Source: Bacteroidota bacterium (GTDB taxonomy: Bacteria; Bacteroidota; Bacteroidia; Chitinophagales; UBA8649). From it: 39,385 bases of DNA. The notes beneath the pieces are model-generated. The model was not told the DNA's origin. It saw only the letters and a list, made by a program, of their open reading frames with translations, and did not search any database. Of this stretch, positions 1 to 9,435 are shown one piece after another. Made by a program: the position numbers and the translations under genes. The stretch lies in NCBI GenBank assembly GCA_003447535.1, contig DLYY01000011.1, positions 1 through 39,385 of the forward strand. The letters are read 5' to 3'. Every line of letters begins with the position of its first letter. The first letter of the stretch is position 1.

Positions 1-402
1 GCCCGTTTGAGACTCCTGGGCATTAACGACGGCCTCATGTACATAGCGGCCGAACATCCCCTTGCCTCCATGCTTCGGTAAAAGGGATGGGTGCAGGTTG
101 ACAATTCGTTGGCTAAAATTGTCGATCACCCCCTTGGGAATACGCCTTAAAAATCCTGCAAGCACGATAAAGTCAGCTTTATGTCTACCGAGAATTTCTA
201 AAAGAGCGTTTGGTGTTGTGTCTTTCCACTGCACATACTCGACAGGAATAGAAAACTCTTTGGCATGGAGTTGAACCCCGGCGGCGGGCCGATCTGTCAA
301 AACAAGAATAACCTCGTAATAATTACTTCGGCACCCCTGAACCATTAATCGTCGCGCATTGCTCCCGCCGCCAGAAGCAAAAATGGCCATTCGTTTACCC
401 AT
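1..402 (-). CDS. purN: Phosphoribosylglycinamide formyltransferase, N-terminal 134 codons; the 3' end runs off the window
   Basis: My own reverse-strand translation from the ATG at 402-400 gives MGKRMAIFASGGGSNARRL...FIVLAGFLRRIP...IVNLHPSLLPKHGGKGM. It shows the GAR transformylase SGxGSN and NxHPSLLP motifs. The frame stays open to position 1, so it is absent from the ORF track. The 62-274 + ORF is antisense to it. Confidence 0.9.
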   Translation of the reverse strand, partial: MGKRMAIFASGGGSNARRLMVQGCRSNYYEVILVLTDRPAAGVQLHAKEFSIPVEYVQWKDTTPNALLEILGRHKADFIVLAGFLRRIPKGVIDNFSQRIVNLHPSLLPKHGGKGMFGRYVHEAVVNAQESQTG

Positions 403-492
403 GCCTTAAAAATAGGTCAATACGGGGAAAGACCTTGAATTGGTTGACCAAAAACTATAAACGGTTGTTAGAATTAACACTACATTTAATCT

Positions 493-1347
493 ATGTCGAA
501 TCCGTCTGATTACACCACGGTGATCAAGCCAAATGCGGGGTTGTTTAACCTAAAAATGCGAGAGGTTTGGGCATACAGAGATCTCGTCTTTATTTTAGCT
601 AGAAGAGACATTGTTGCCACATATAAACAGACCATTCTGGGGCCCCTTTGGTTTCTAATATCTCCCGTTTTAACCGTCATCGTTTATATGTTTGTGTTTG
701 GATCGATTGCGGGAATATCGACCGATGGAATGCCACAAGCTGTTTTTTACCTCGGGGGCATTACTCTTTGGAATTATTTCTCATCTTGTTTTACCGCCAC
801 GGCAAACACATTTACCACAAATGCCCAGATTTTCGGCAAAGTATATTTTCCAAGGATTGTTGCACCTATGGCGAATGTTTTGTCCAATATGGTAAAGCTT
901 TTTATCCAAATGCTTTTATTTATAGGTGTGCTGGCCTATTACCTCCTTCAAGATAATTCGGCAATTACCTTGGCTAACGAAATCTACCTCTTGCCTGTCC
1001 TTATACTTATGATGGCGGGTCTATCTCTTGGTGTTGGGATAGTTATATCCTCTTTGACAACTAAATACAGAGATTTTAAAAACTTCATAGGGTTTGGTGT
1101 CTCGCTTCTTATGTATGCGAGCCCAGTAATCTACCCCATTTCAGCAGTGAAAGACCAGGGCTATGGTGCCCTGTTGGCCTATAATCCTATTGCTCCAATT
1201 ATTGAGACCTTTCGATACATCTTTACTGGCCAGGGATGCCTTGATTGGAATGGTTTGCTTGTAAGTGGGCTTGCCACAATATGTATTCTTCTTTTCGGGC
1301 TTATATTGTTTAATCGAGTAGAACGAACCTTTATGGATACCGTATAG
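493..1347 (+). CDS. wzm: ABC-2 type polysaccharide/O-antigen export permease (Wzm/TagG/KpsM-like)
   Basis: 284 aa with about 6 hydrophobic segments. The N-terminus ...REVWAYRDLVFILARRDIVATYKQTILGPLWFLISP is typical of ABC-2 glycan export permeases. An ATPase partner starts 8 nt downstream. Confidence 0.85.
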   Translation: MSNPSDYTTVIKPNAGLFNLKMREVWAYRDLVFILARRDIVATYKQTILGPLWFLISPVLTVIVYMFVFGSIAGISTDGMPQAVFYLGGITLWNYFSSCFTATANTFTTNAQIFGKVYFPRIVAPMANVLSNMVKLFIQMLLFIGVLAYYLLQDNSAITLANEIYLLPVLILMMAGLSLGVGIVISSLTTKYRDFKNFIGFGVSLLMYASPVIYPISAVKDQGYGALLAYNPIAPIIETFRYIFTGQGCLDWNGLLVSGLATICILLFGLILFNRVERTFMDTV

Positions 1348-1355
1348 ATACGACT

Positions 1356-2657
1356 ATGTCAAACCCTGCGATCATATTAGAAAATATATCCAAGCGATAC
1401 CGATTGGGAATGGTGGGCTCAGGAACGCTAAGGGAAGACATCGCTGGCTGGTGGTATCAAGTGAGGGGTAAGGAAGACCCCTACTCAAGGATTGCTGAGA
1501 CTAATAATCGAGAACAAAGGGGAGCATCCAATTATGTTTGGGCATTAAAGGATATCAATTTTAGTATTGAGCAAGGCGAGGTGCTTGGTGTGATTGGAAA
1601 GAACGGGGCCGGAAAGTCTACCCTTTTAAAGCTTTTATCGCGAGTTACCGCACCTACAACCGGCAATATCAAGGCGCGTGGTCGAATTGCAAGCTTGCTA
1701 GAGGTTGGTACCGGTTTTCACCCCGAGCTTAGTGGCCGGGATAACATCTATTTGAATGGTGCTATTATGGGTATGAGGCGTTCAGAAATCAAAGCAAAGT
1801 TTGATGAAATTGTGGACTTTGCTGGCGTTGAACGATACATTGACACCCCCGTTAAGCGCTATTCCTCTGGAATGTATGTTCGGCTTGCCTTTGCCGTTGC
1901 TGCACACCTTGAGCCAGAAATTTTGATTGTAGATGAGGTTCTTGCAGTTGGAGATGCCCAATTTCAAAAGAAGGCCATTGGTAAAATGAAAGACGTGTCC
2001 ATGGGTCAAGGAAGGACTGTGCTTTTTGTAAGTCATAATATGGCCAGCATAGAAAACCTATGTAATTCCTGTGCCCTAATGCACCAGGGCAAAATCGAAA
2101 TGTTGAGTAGAACATCCGAGGTGGTCTCGCGCTACCTTAGAATAAACACCTCTGATGGAAATATTCCCCTATCAAAAGCACCAAGAGAAGAGGGTAATGG
2201 TCAGCTTTTTTTTTCTGACTGCAAAATATTGAATGCCACAAAGCAACGAACCCACAGCGTTTTGTGTGGAGAGCCGTTTCAAATCAGAGGGGTTATAGAT
2301 GTGGTTCAAAAAACTGTCGCTCCCAGCCTTCACATATCATTAGCTATATCTAACAAGGACGGACTTCAGCTGATACACCTATCTACAGACGAGGGGTTGA
2401 GTGGCAACGTGGCAATATCTCAAAGTGACCAACAGGTTAGGTTTTACTGTGATATACCTGGTTTAAATTTACCCCGTGGGGAATATTATATTACACTATT
2501 TGTAAGCGACGGTAGAACGGTGTTTGATCATGTGGAACATGGTGTTAAAATAAGTATTGAGGATGGGGACTTTTTTGGAAATGGAAAAGTAAAGGCTTCT
2601 AACCTTGGTCTAGTGCTTCAAAAAAGCACATGGTCAGTAGAAACCAGTGAAACTTAA
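1356..2657 (+). CDS. wzt: Polysaccharide ABC exporter ATP-binding protein with an extra C-terminal domain of about 170 aa (Wzt-like)
   Basis: Walker A GKNGAGKST, signature YSSGMYVRLAFA, Walker B ILIVDEVLAVGD, H-loop FVSHN. About 170 extra residues follow the NBD (CGEPFQIRGVID...YYITLFVSDG...), which looks like the beta-sandwich Wzt C-terminal glycan-binding domain. Confidence 0.9.
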   Translation: MSNPAIILENISKRYRLGMVGSGTLREDIAGWWYQVRGKEDPYSRIAETNNREQRGASNYVWALKDINFSIEQGEVLGVIGKNGAGKSTLLKLLSRVTAPTTGNIKARGRIASLLEVGTGFHPELSGRDNIYLNGAIMGMRRSEIKAKFDEIVDFAGVERYIDTPVKRYSSGMYVRLAFAVAAHLEPEILIVDEVLAVGDAQFQKKAIGKMKDVSMGQGRTVLFVSHNMASIENLCNSCALMHQGKIEMLSRTSEVVSRYLRINTSDGNIPLSKAPREEGNGQLFFSDCKILNATKQRTHSVLCGEPFQIRGVIDVVQKTVAPSLHISLAISNKDGLQLIHLSTDEGLSGNVAISQSDQQVRFYCDIPGLNLPRGEYYITLFVSDGRTVFDHVEHGVKISIEDGDFFGNGKVKASNLGLVLQKSTWSVETSET

Positions 2658-2675
2658 TCTATATATCCGAAGAGA

Positions 2676-4529
2676 ATGTGCGGTATTGGAGGAATGATTT
2701 TAAAAAGCGAAGAGGTTGCGCCTCATGCACTTGAAACCATGTGTGATGCTATGGCTCATCGTGGTCCAGATGGGAGAGGAATATATGCCAAAAACAACCT
2801 TGGGTTGGCTCATACACGTCTCTCAATAATTGATCTCGAGGGGGCCAAACAGCCCATGCACAGTTCCTGTGGGAAGTACATTATAACCTACAATGGAGAA
2901 TTATATAATTATAAATCTCTTCGTGAAGAACTTCAGGGGTTGGGGATAAAATTTTACTTAAACTCAGACACTGAGGTTGTGCTTTATGCCTACAAGGTGT
3001 GGGGGGAATCTTGCCTGACTAAATTTCGTGGTATGTTTTCCTTCGCCATAATTGACCATATCAAACAATTTGTGTTTTGTGCGCGCGATCATTTTGGAAT
3101 AAAACCATTTGTATACGTCGAAAACAAGCGGGGGTTTTTTTTCGGAAGCGAACTTCATGTATTCGTTCAGCAACCCCTGGTTTCATTAACAATTGATTTT
3201 TTTGCCTTGGACAAATATTTGTGGTTGGGGTATATACCAACCCCACTTACCATATACAAAGAAGCAAGAAAACTACCTCCAGGCCACAGCATTGTCGTGG
3301 ATTTTGAAGGAAAAGTCATTCGACAGCAAGAATATTTTTTTCCCAATGCCATTGAACAAGAAGAATCACACAGCGAAGGCGAGTGGGTAGAACAAATGGA
3401 GCGTGCAATAGAGGAAAGTGTTGCTGCCCACTGTCAAGCAGATGTGCCATTTGGTGCCTTTCTCAGTGGGGGCATTGACTCTACACTTATAAGTGGATAC
3501 ATGAAAAAGGTGAGCGGAATAAAGCAAACCTATACTATGGGGTTTGACAGCAATACTATGGACGAGACACCTTTTGCAAAAATTGCGGGAAAAACTCTCG
3601 GACTTAACCTCAACATTGAACGGGTTCCCAATGTTGATTTAGACCTTTTTGAGCGGGTGATTAGTCGCATGGATGAGCCCTTTGGGGACTCTTCTGTTGT
3701 GCCGACCTATCAAATATGTAACATTGCAAGAAAACATGCGCCTGTTGCCCTCTCGGGTGACGGGGGGGATGAGTTTTTTCTGGGATATCCGAGATATTAC
3801 CGCTGGGACGAAAAACTTAAGACAAGGTCGGGAGTTTCACGTTTTAAGGGGCTAATTCTTCCTTTGGCACATAAACTAAACCCCTCAAGATATTCTAGCC
3901 TATATCCAAAAAATACTCCTGCAGGCTATTTGGGGCTATTTGATTATCTCAAACCTGAGATTCGTGAAATCCTCTGGTCCTCAGAATATTCATCGTACAT
4001 GGACTCCTCTTTACCCTTTATTGAAGATGCCCACTACAGATCTCGCAAAATGGGTGTCCTAAACCAAGCTAAAACAATGGATACTAGGAGTTACCTCTGT
4101 GATGATATCTTAAAAAAGGTCGATTTGGCAAGCATGATGAACTCCCTGGAGGTTAGACCCCCCTTAATAGATGTTGGAATTCATAAACTTCTTCAGAAAA
4201 TGCCTCAAAGCATGCTTGTCGATACAGGAAAAGGCGGGTTAACCGGAAAACGGATATTAAAATTACTACTGCAAAAACACTTTAATCAAGAGTTTTTATA
4301 TCGGCGTAAAGCTGGCTTTGGACTTCCCCTTGATGAATGGTTTAGACAAGAAAATCCTATATATCGTCAAATTGAAGGAGAAATGCTATCCTCAAATTCT
4401 CCACTAGCGACCTACTTCGACCTGAAAGGTTTAAAACTGATACTTCAATCTCGAGATTATCCTCGCGCGACATCCATAAGTGGTCCTGTGTGGCTACTTT
4501 TTGTGTTACACACCTGGCTTGCTAAATGA
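2676..4529 (+). CDS. Asparagine synthase family glutamine amidotransferase, paralogue 1 (AsnB/WbpS-like)
   Basis: Starts MCGIGG (Ntn nucleophile Cys2). Contains HRGPD, YNGELYNY and the PP-loop FLSGGIDST, plus SLEVRPP near the C-terminus. 617 aa. Confidence 0.9.
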   Translation: MCGIGGMILKSEEVAPHALETMCDAMAHRGPDGRGIYAKNNLGLAHTRLSIIDLEGAKQPMHSSCGKYIITYNGELYNYKSLREELQGLGIKFYLNSDTEVVLYAYKVWGESCLTKFRGMFSFAIIDHIKQFVFCARDHFGIKPFVYVENKRGFFFGSELHVFVQQPLVSLTIDFFALDKYLWLGYIPTPLTIYKEARKLPPGHSIVVDFEGKVIRQQEYFFPNAIEQEESHSEGEWVEQMERAIEESVAAHCQADVPFGAFLSGGIDSTLISGYMKKVSGIKQTYTMGFDSNTMDETPFAKIAGKTLGLNLNIERVPNVDLDLFERVISRMDEPFGDSSVVPTYQICNIARKHAPVALSGDGGDEFFLGYPRYYRWDEKLKTRSGVSRFKGLILPLAHKLNPSRYSSLYPKNTPAGYLGLFDYLKPEIREILWSSEYSSYMDSSLPFIEDAHYRSRKMGVLNQAKTMDTRSYLCDDILKKVDLASMMNSLEVRPPLIDVGIHKLLQKMPQSMLVDTGKGGLTGKRILKLLLQKHFNQEFLYRRKAGFGLPLDEWFRQENPIYRQIEGEMLSSNSPLATYFDLKGLKLILQSRDYPRATSISGPVWLLFVLHTWLAK

Positions 4530-5647
4530 TGAATATTGTAATTCTTACCACATCCTACACCAAAGGGGGGGCAGAAAAACACGCCTTACTACTTGCAAGG
4601 TATCTTCAAAAAGAGACCAAACACAATGTGTCTTTCTGGGTATTTAGAAAAGGCAGCGGGGAATTAGAAGAGGAGCTGTCTCAATACCATATTCCCTCAG
4701 AAATAATTTCAAAAAACATCAGTAATAATAGGGCTATACTCCCAATCAAAACAATACGGGCCGGAATGGTCTTTCGCAGGCGGAGCATCAAAGTTGTAAT
4801 TAGTTTTAACCTCGAAGCCAATCACTTTGCGGCGAAAGTAAAAAAGTATGGTGGCTACTGTCTTGTGTGGTCTCAACAAACAAGCAACGACATACACATG
4901 CTTAATGCAACTAGCTATTCCTTTGTTTCTAATGCCAACCTTTATATCAGCAATTCCCAACATGCCGCTCAATATTTAATTGATGATTTTGGTGTTTCTC
5001 CTAGTAAAACTGTTTTTGTGGCCAATGGATTTGATGAAGAAAAAAATTATCCTGTCGATCAGCCGGTATTGGATGGTGCTATTGACTCAACGAAGTTTAA
5101 TGTGGTGATGGTCGCCCATGTAGAAGAGAGAAAAGATCATACGACCCTCCTAGATGCATGGGCACTTTTCATCAAAAAATTCCCTGAAGCCCACCTCTAT
5201 ATCGCCGGGAAAAACAACTCCACGTTTGGTAGAAACATCCAGGAGTATGCAAGGAGAGTTTGTGAGACACATACCGTATCGTTTTTAGGGGCTGTAGAAA
5301 ACATCCCCTCACTTTTAGATCAATGCTCTGCCTTTGCCTTTAGTTCAAATATAGAAGGCATGCCCAATGCCATTGTCGAAGCCATGTTTGCCAAATTACC
5401 TATCGTGGCTAATGACCTTGAGGGAAACCTGGAGGCCCTTGGTGCGCGAGCCATAGAAGAGCAAGTTTGTCCAAGTCGGGATGCTGAGCGTTTCGCCAAC
5501 CGCCTTTTGCAAATAGCAAAAGACCCACAACTAGCAAATCGGCTCGGTAAAGAAAATTATGCCTACGCCAAAAAGACATTTGGGATAAGTATCATGGGCG
5601 AGAAAACCATGGCGGCTATAAATAATCTACTTCCCCATGAAAAATAG
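4526..5647 (+). CDS. Glycosyltransferase, GT4 family (GT-B fold)
   Basis: N-terminal IVILTTSYTKGGAEKHALLLARYL. C-terminal EX7E-type motif SNIEGMPNAIVEAMFAKLPIV. ATGA overlap with the preceding amidotransferase. Confidence 0.85.
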   Translation: MMNIVILTTSYTKGGAEKHALLLARYLQKETKHNVSFWVFRKGSGELEEELSQYHIPSEIISKNISNNRAILPIKTIRAGMVFRRRSIKVVISFNLEANHFAAKVKKYGGYCLVWSQQTSNDIHMLNATSYSFVSNANLYISNSQHAAQYLIDDFGVSPSKTVFVANGFDEEKNYPVDQPVLDGAIDSTKFNVVMVAHVEERKDHTTLLDAWALFIKKFPEAHLYIAGKNNSTFGRNIQEYARRVCETHTVSFLGAVENIPSLLDQCSAFAFSSNIEGMPNAIVEAMFAKLPIVANDLEGNLEALGARAIEEQVCPSRDAERFANRLLQIAKDPQLANRLGKENYAYAKKTFGISIMGEKTMAAINNLLPHEK

Positions 5648-6503
5648 TCTTGTAATCATAGGCTGCCCACGCTCAGGGACCACCTATCTGCTTCGTCTTT
5701 TGGCATCTTGCCACACCTTAGGATATGTAAGCGCCGCCCAAAACACCGCACCCAACAAACTATTACGGTCTAGAGACTTAAGGGTATTTAATACCCCGCT
5801 ATTGGGGGGGATTCGATATGCCAAACGTCGCTACGAACATGCCCTTCCCGTAGAGTCTTGGGCTTTCTACAACAACTATTTGCCCGGTTTTCAGTGGAAG
5901 ATTGATCACGGGGGTGGGCCCAAAATAAATTATAAAACCGAAGAAATTGACGCCTTTAGACGTGCGGTTGACGGGGTGCTTAAAGAAAGCGGAAGACAGC
6001 GGTTTTTGTTTAAATACACGGATTTTTCTCGATTAGACCTGCTTTACCAGATTGACCCAACCTGTCAGGTTATTCACCTAACCCGACACCCTCTTTCTGT
6101 AATATTTTCGTATTCAAAGAAAATGGAACGGGGAGAATTTAATACCTGGAATGAACGAGAGGCCTGGTCTGCTTTGTGGGATAAAAAATTGTTCGCTATT
6201 TACCACGAATACAAAGAGGCGCTTTGTGAAAAGGCGCTCGCAGGTTGTCTGTGGGCTTTCTTTATAAGAAAAATTAAACAAGATATACGTGTGTGGAAGG
6301 GAAGGGCCGTCCAAACGTATGTTTATGAAGACCTGTTTGCATCCTACGCTCCAATTAAAGACTTGTTTAAAAATAACAACCTTACCTATAATCTAGGGGT
6401 TCAATCATTTCTAAGAAACAATAAACCTGTTGTCTATAACTATGATGAATCTTTAGAGAAGTATAGAGTCTTTGTGGATTCCTTAATCAATTACGTAGAA
6501 TAA
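5637..6503 (+). CDS. Sulfotransferase family protein (PAPS-dependent type)
   Basis: N-terminal VIIGCPRSGTTYLLRLL resembles the 5'-phosphosulfate-binding loop (PKxGTT-like). IHLTRHPLSVIFSYS resembles the 3'-phosphate-binding RxPxDxxxS region. 288 aa, no TM segment. Confidence 0.7.
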   Translation: MKNSLVIIGCPRSGTTYLLRLLASCHTLGYVSAAQNTAPNKLLRSRDLRVFNTPLLGGIRYAKRRYEHALPVESWAFYNNYLPGFQWKIDHGGGPKINYKTEEIDAFRRAVDGVLKESGRQRFLFKYTDFSRLDLLYQIDPTCQVIHLTRHPLSVIFSYSKKMERGEFNTWNEREAWSALWDKKLFAIYHEYKEALCEKALAGCLWAFFIRKIKQDIRVWKGRAVQTYVYEDLFASYAPIKDLFKNNNLTYNLGVQSFLRNNKPVVYNYDESLEKYRVFVDSLINYVE

Positions 6504-7606
6504 TGGCAAGGATAGCAATACTTCTTCCTTCTTTTACAGTTGGTGGTGCCGAGACGCAGGCCTTACTGCTTTCTGACTTTCTCATACATAGAGGACATGA
6601 TGTTATGCTCTTTAGCTGCACGCAAGGATCAAACTGCCTTGACAAGTCTCTCCTAAATACAGCGGTTGTTTGTAAAAGTCACCCTGTGCATTTTCAAAAC
6701 ATTCTCCACCTTAAGCCGAGGGCCCTAAGGAGCATACTTTCCCTAAGCAGAAAGCTAGTCAAGTATAAAATAAATGTGATTGTGCCCTTTACGCTGGTGC
6801 CCAACATTCTTGGAAATTTGGCGGCAAAATTTGCTGGTATCCGCCTTCGGGTTTGGAACCAACGGTCAGTTGATATTATAGATTATGGGCGTGGTGAGCA
6901 GCTTGCAAGGCGAATGACACACCAAATCATCGGCAATTCAGATTATGTGGTTGAAAAGCTCCAAGCGCGATGGGGTGGAACATTTAAAACTCCATTTCAA
7001 ACCATTTATAATGGACGACGGCCTGATCCAAAACCCACAGACCCACCCCCCTTATCATTAAACGAATCCCAAGACAACACTTTGTCTATTTTACACCTGG
7101 CAAGCTTCTTTGAAGAAAAAGATTTTACCACACTCATAATGTCCTTGAAAGTGGTCGTTGAGCGTGGTTTGAACGTCCATTTACACCTTGTGGGACGAAA
7201 TCCAGGTGGTATAACATGGCCGGCTTGCCGGGAGTTGGTCTCTGAGCTTGCCCTGGGAAGTAATGTCTTCTTTCATGGGGCTATCAATTCTCCTCAAAGC
7301 CATATACGAAACGCTGACTTGTGTATTCTATCTACCAAATCTGAAGGACTTTCGAATACATTAATAGAATATGCACTAGCTAAAAAACCGACGCTTACCA
7401 CAAACATTCCCCCTAACGTTGAGTTGTTTGGGTTTCACCACAAGGGCTTCTTTGAAGTTGGCAATCACATCCAATTGGCAAATCTTATTGAGGCGCAAGC
7501 ACAAGACAGGCGTAATCAGAATTTTGTGCCTACCTTAAACGTGCCTATTGACACGGCCGTAATGGGTGATAAATTTCACCAAATCATTTTAGCTCACTTG
7601 TCATGA
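6503..7606 (+). CDS. Glycosyltransferase, GT4 family
   Basis: IAILLPSFTVGGAETQALLLSDFL at the N-terminus. STKSEGLSNTLIEYALAKKPTL is the EX7E-type motif. TAATG junction with the upstream gene. Confidence 0.8.
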   Translation: MARIAILLPSFTVGGAETQALLLSDFLIHRGHDVMLFSCTQGSNCLDKSLLNTAVVCKSHPVHFQNILHLKPRALRSILSLSRKLVKYKINVIVPFTLVPNILGNLAAKFAGIRLRVWNQRSVDIIDYGRGEQLARRMTHQIIGNSDYVVEKLQARWGGTFKTPFQTIYNGRRPDPKPTDPPPLSLNESQDNTLSILHLASFFEEKDFTTLIMSLKVVVERGLNVHLHLVGRNPGGITWPACRELVSELALGSNVFFHGAINSPQSHIRNADLCILSTKSEGLSNTLIEYALAKKPTLTTNIPPNVELFGFHHKGFFEVGNHIQLANLIEAQAQDRRNQNFVPTLNVPIDTAVMGDKFHQIILAHLS

Positions 7607-8424
7607 AAGATCTTCCAAAAATATCCTTCATTATTCCTTTTTATAACGCAGGAGACACGTTGAAAGAGACCTTATCTTCTGTTGTTGCTCTTGAATATCC
7701 AACTATTGAGATAATTGTGGTTAATGATGGGTCAACGTGTGATACTTCGGTTCAAACCCTTCGAGACGCACAGGCCCATTTTGAGCTTACCATTATAAAT
7801 ATTGATAACAGTGGTCCCTCAATTGCAAGAAACATCGGGATTGAGAGGTCAACGGGTAAATTTATAATACCACTTGATGCAGACGACCTTATAGAGGGTG
7901 ATTGCCATCTTCAAGCACTTAAAATCCTGGAAGAGGACCCCCGTGTTGGAGCTGTTGTTGGGAGAACTAGGTTTTTTGGAAAAAAATCAGGAAGTCATCT
8001 GTCGATAAATAAAGGCATTGATGCTCAACTCATTTATAACCAATTTCCTGTCACTGCTATTATAAGAAAAAGTATGATAGATGATGTGGGTCTTTACGAT
8101 CCTGAGTTAAGCAAGCCCGGGTTGGAAGACTGGGAGTTTTGGATTCGCGTAGTAGCCTCGAAGACCTGGAATATTACATGTATCAACAGCCCTTTTCTTG
8201 CTGTGCGTGTTTCAGAGCACTCTCGAACCATTCTTTCGGCTAATCCAAATAAAAGGGATATTGACCGATATATCCATAAAAAGCATGCTATCCTTTACGC
8301 CCAACAGCACGAGAGGTTATTTTATGCTTTGCAGGGCCTCTATAAGGAACGAAGCTACAAGATAGGGAGGGCGATTCTTGCGCCTTTGCGTTGGATAAAG
8401 CACTCATTTTATAAACCCTCCTGA
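7603..8424 (+). CDS. Glycosyltransferase, GT2 family (GT-A fold)
   Basis: ISFIIPFYNAGDTLKETLSSV...IIVVNDGSTCDT...PLDADDL, the classic GT2 N-terminal signature with a DxD. ATGA overlap with the upstream gene. Confidence 0.85.
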   Translation: MKDLPKISFIIPFYNAGDTLKETLSSVVALEYPTIEIIVVNDGSTCDTSVQTLRDAQAHFELTIINIDNSGPSIARNIGIERSTGKFIIPLDADDLIEGDCHLQALKILEEDPRVGAVVGRTRFFGKKSGSHLSINKGIDAQLIYNQFPVTAIIRKSMIDDVGLYDPELSKPGLEDWEFWIRVVASKTWNITCINSPFLAVRVSEHSRTILSANPNKRDIDRYIHKKHAILYAQQHERLFYALQGLYKERSYKIGRAILAPLRWIKHSFYKPS

Positions 8425-8439
8425 TTTGCTCCTTATACC

Positions 8440-9435
8440 ATGACTGAGCCATTGCCTCTCCTGTCGATTATTATAGTTCACTACAACACGCCCAATCTTT
8501 TGCTTGGTTGTATTGAGAGTATACTCCAAGACCATTATGATGGTGGGATTGAGATACTTGTGGTGGACAACGGGGGTCTTACCCCTAATGTTATAGAAAA
8601 ACTAAAGAAACTTACCGAAGTAAAATGTGTTGACGCGGGATACAATGCGGGCTTTGCTCGAGCAAATAATATTGGAATACGTCTTGCCAGGGGGAAATAT
8701 CTTCTTTTAATAAATCCAGACAGCTCTATTGGCCCTGGTTTTTTGAAAACTTTGGTCGCAAACTATCGGCTCCATGAAAACAAAGAAAAACTTGGACTCA
8801 TGGGATGTAGAATTGTTGATCCAGAAAACGGTCAGGTCTTTGAGTATGGCTCTGGCATTGGTTTTTATGGTCTAAAAAACATTTTAAGGCAAAACCCCCT
8901 TCACATATGGGCATTTCGCAAGAGGTGTGCTAAAGAAACCTATACAGCGAAACAGCGTCACTATGTGAATCATTTAGTTGATTTTGTAAGCGGCGCATGT
9001 GTTATGGTAAACAAAGAGGTCCTTTTAAAAGAAGGCTTGTATTTAGATGAGGATTTCTTCCTGTACTATGAAGATATGGAGTGGAGTTTTAGGTGGAAAA
9101 GGCGGGGTTTTAATAACAGGCTATGTGGTGAAACAGAAATAGCACATGTAAATAGTGCAAGCACCTCAAGGTTTTCGAACAAATCCGCTCAAATAAGAAT
9201 TTCTCAATACCTCTTTCTAATGAAAACACAATCAAGGACATTATACTTCTTGGGTGGGGTTTTACATTGGATCAATTTTAAGTTGAACCTTTTTTTAACC
9301 AAAAAGAAGCAACCTAAGCGACACAAAGAATTGGTTTATGAGAAAAAACTTTTCTCCAATTACTATTTTCAGATTATGAGAGGAAGTAAACCCTCCAAGG
9401 GAAAATACTTAAATTATGTTGCTGAAGAGGCTTAA
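8440..9435 (+). CDS. Glycosyltransferase, GT2 family (rhamnosyltransferase-like subtype)
   Basis: LSIIIVHYNTPNLL...ILVVDNGG...AGFARANNIG...LLINPDS...FFLYYEDMEW, the pattern of GT2 'group 2' enzymes. Confidence 0.85.
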   Translation: MTEPLPLLSIIIVHYNTPNLLLGCIESILQDHYDGGIEILVVDNGGLTPNVIEKLKKLTEVKCVDAGYNAGFARANNIGIRLARGKYLLLINPDSSIGPGFLKTLVANYRLHENKEKLGLMGCRIVDPENGQVFEYGSGIGFYGLKNILRQNPLHIWAFRKRCAKETYTAKQRHYVNHLVDFVSGACVMVNKEVLLKEGLYLDEDFFLYYEDMEWSFRWKRRGFNNRLCGETEIAHVNSASTSRFSNKSAQIRISQYLFLMKTQSRTLYFLGGVLHWINFKLNLFLTKKKQPKRHKELVYEKKLFSNYYFQIMRGSKPSKGKYLNYVAEEA

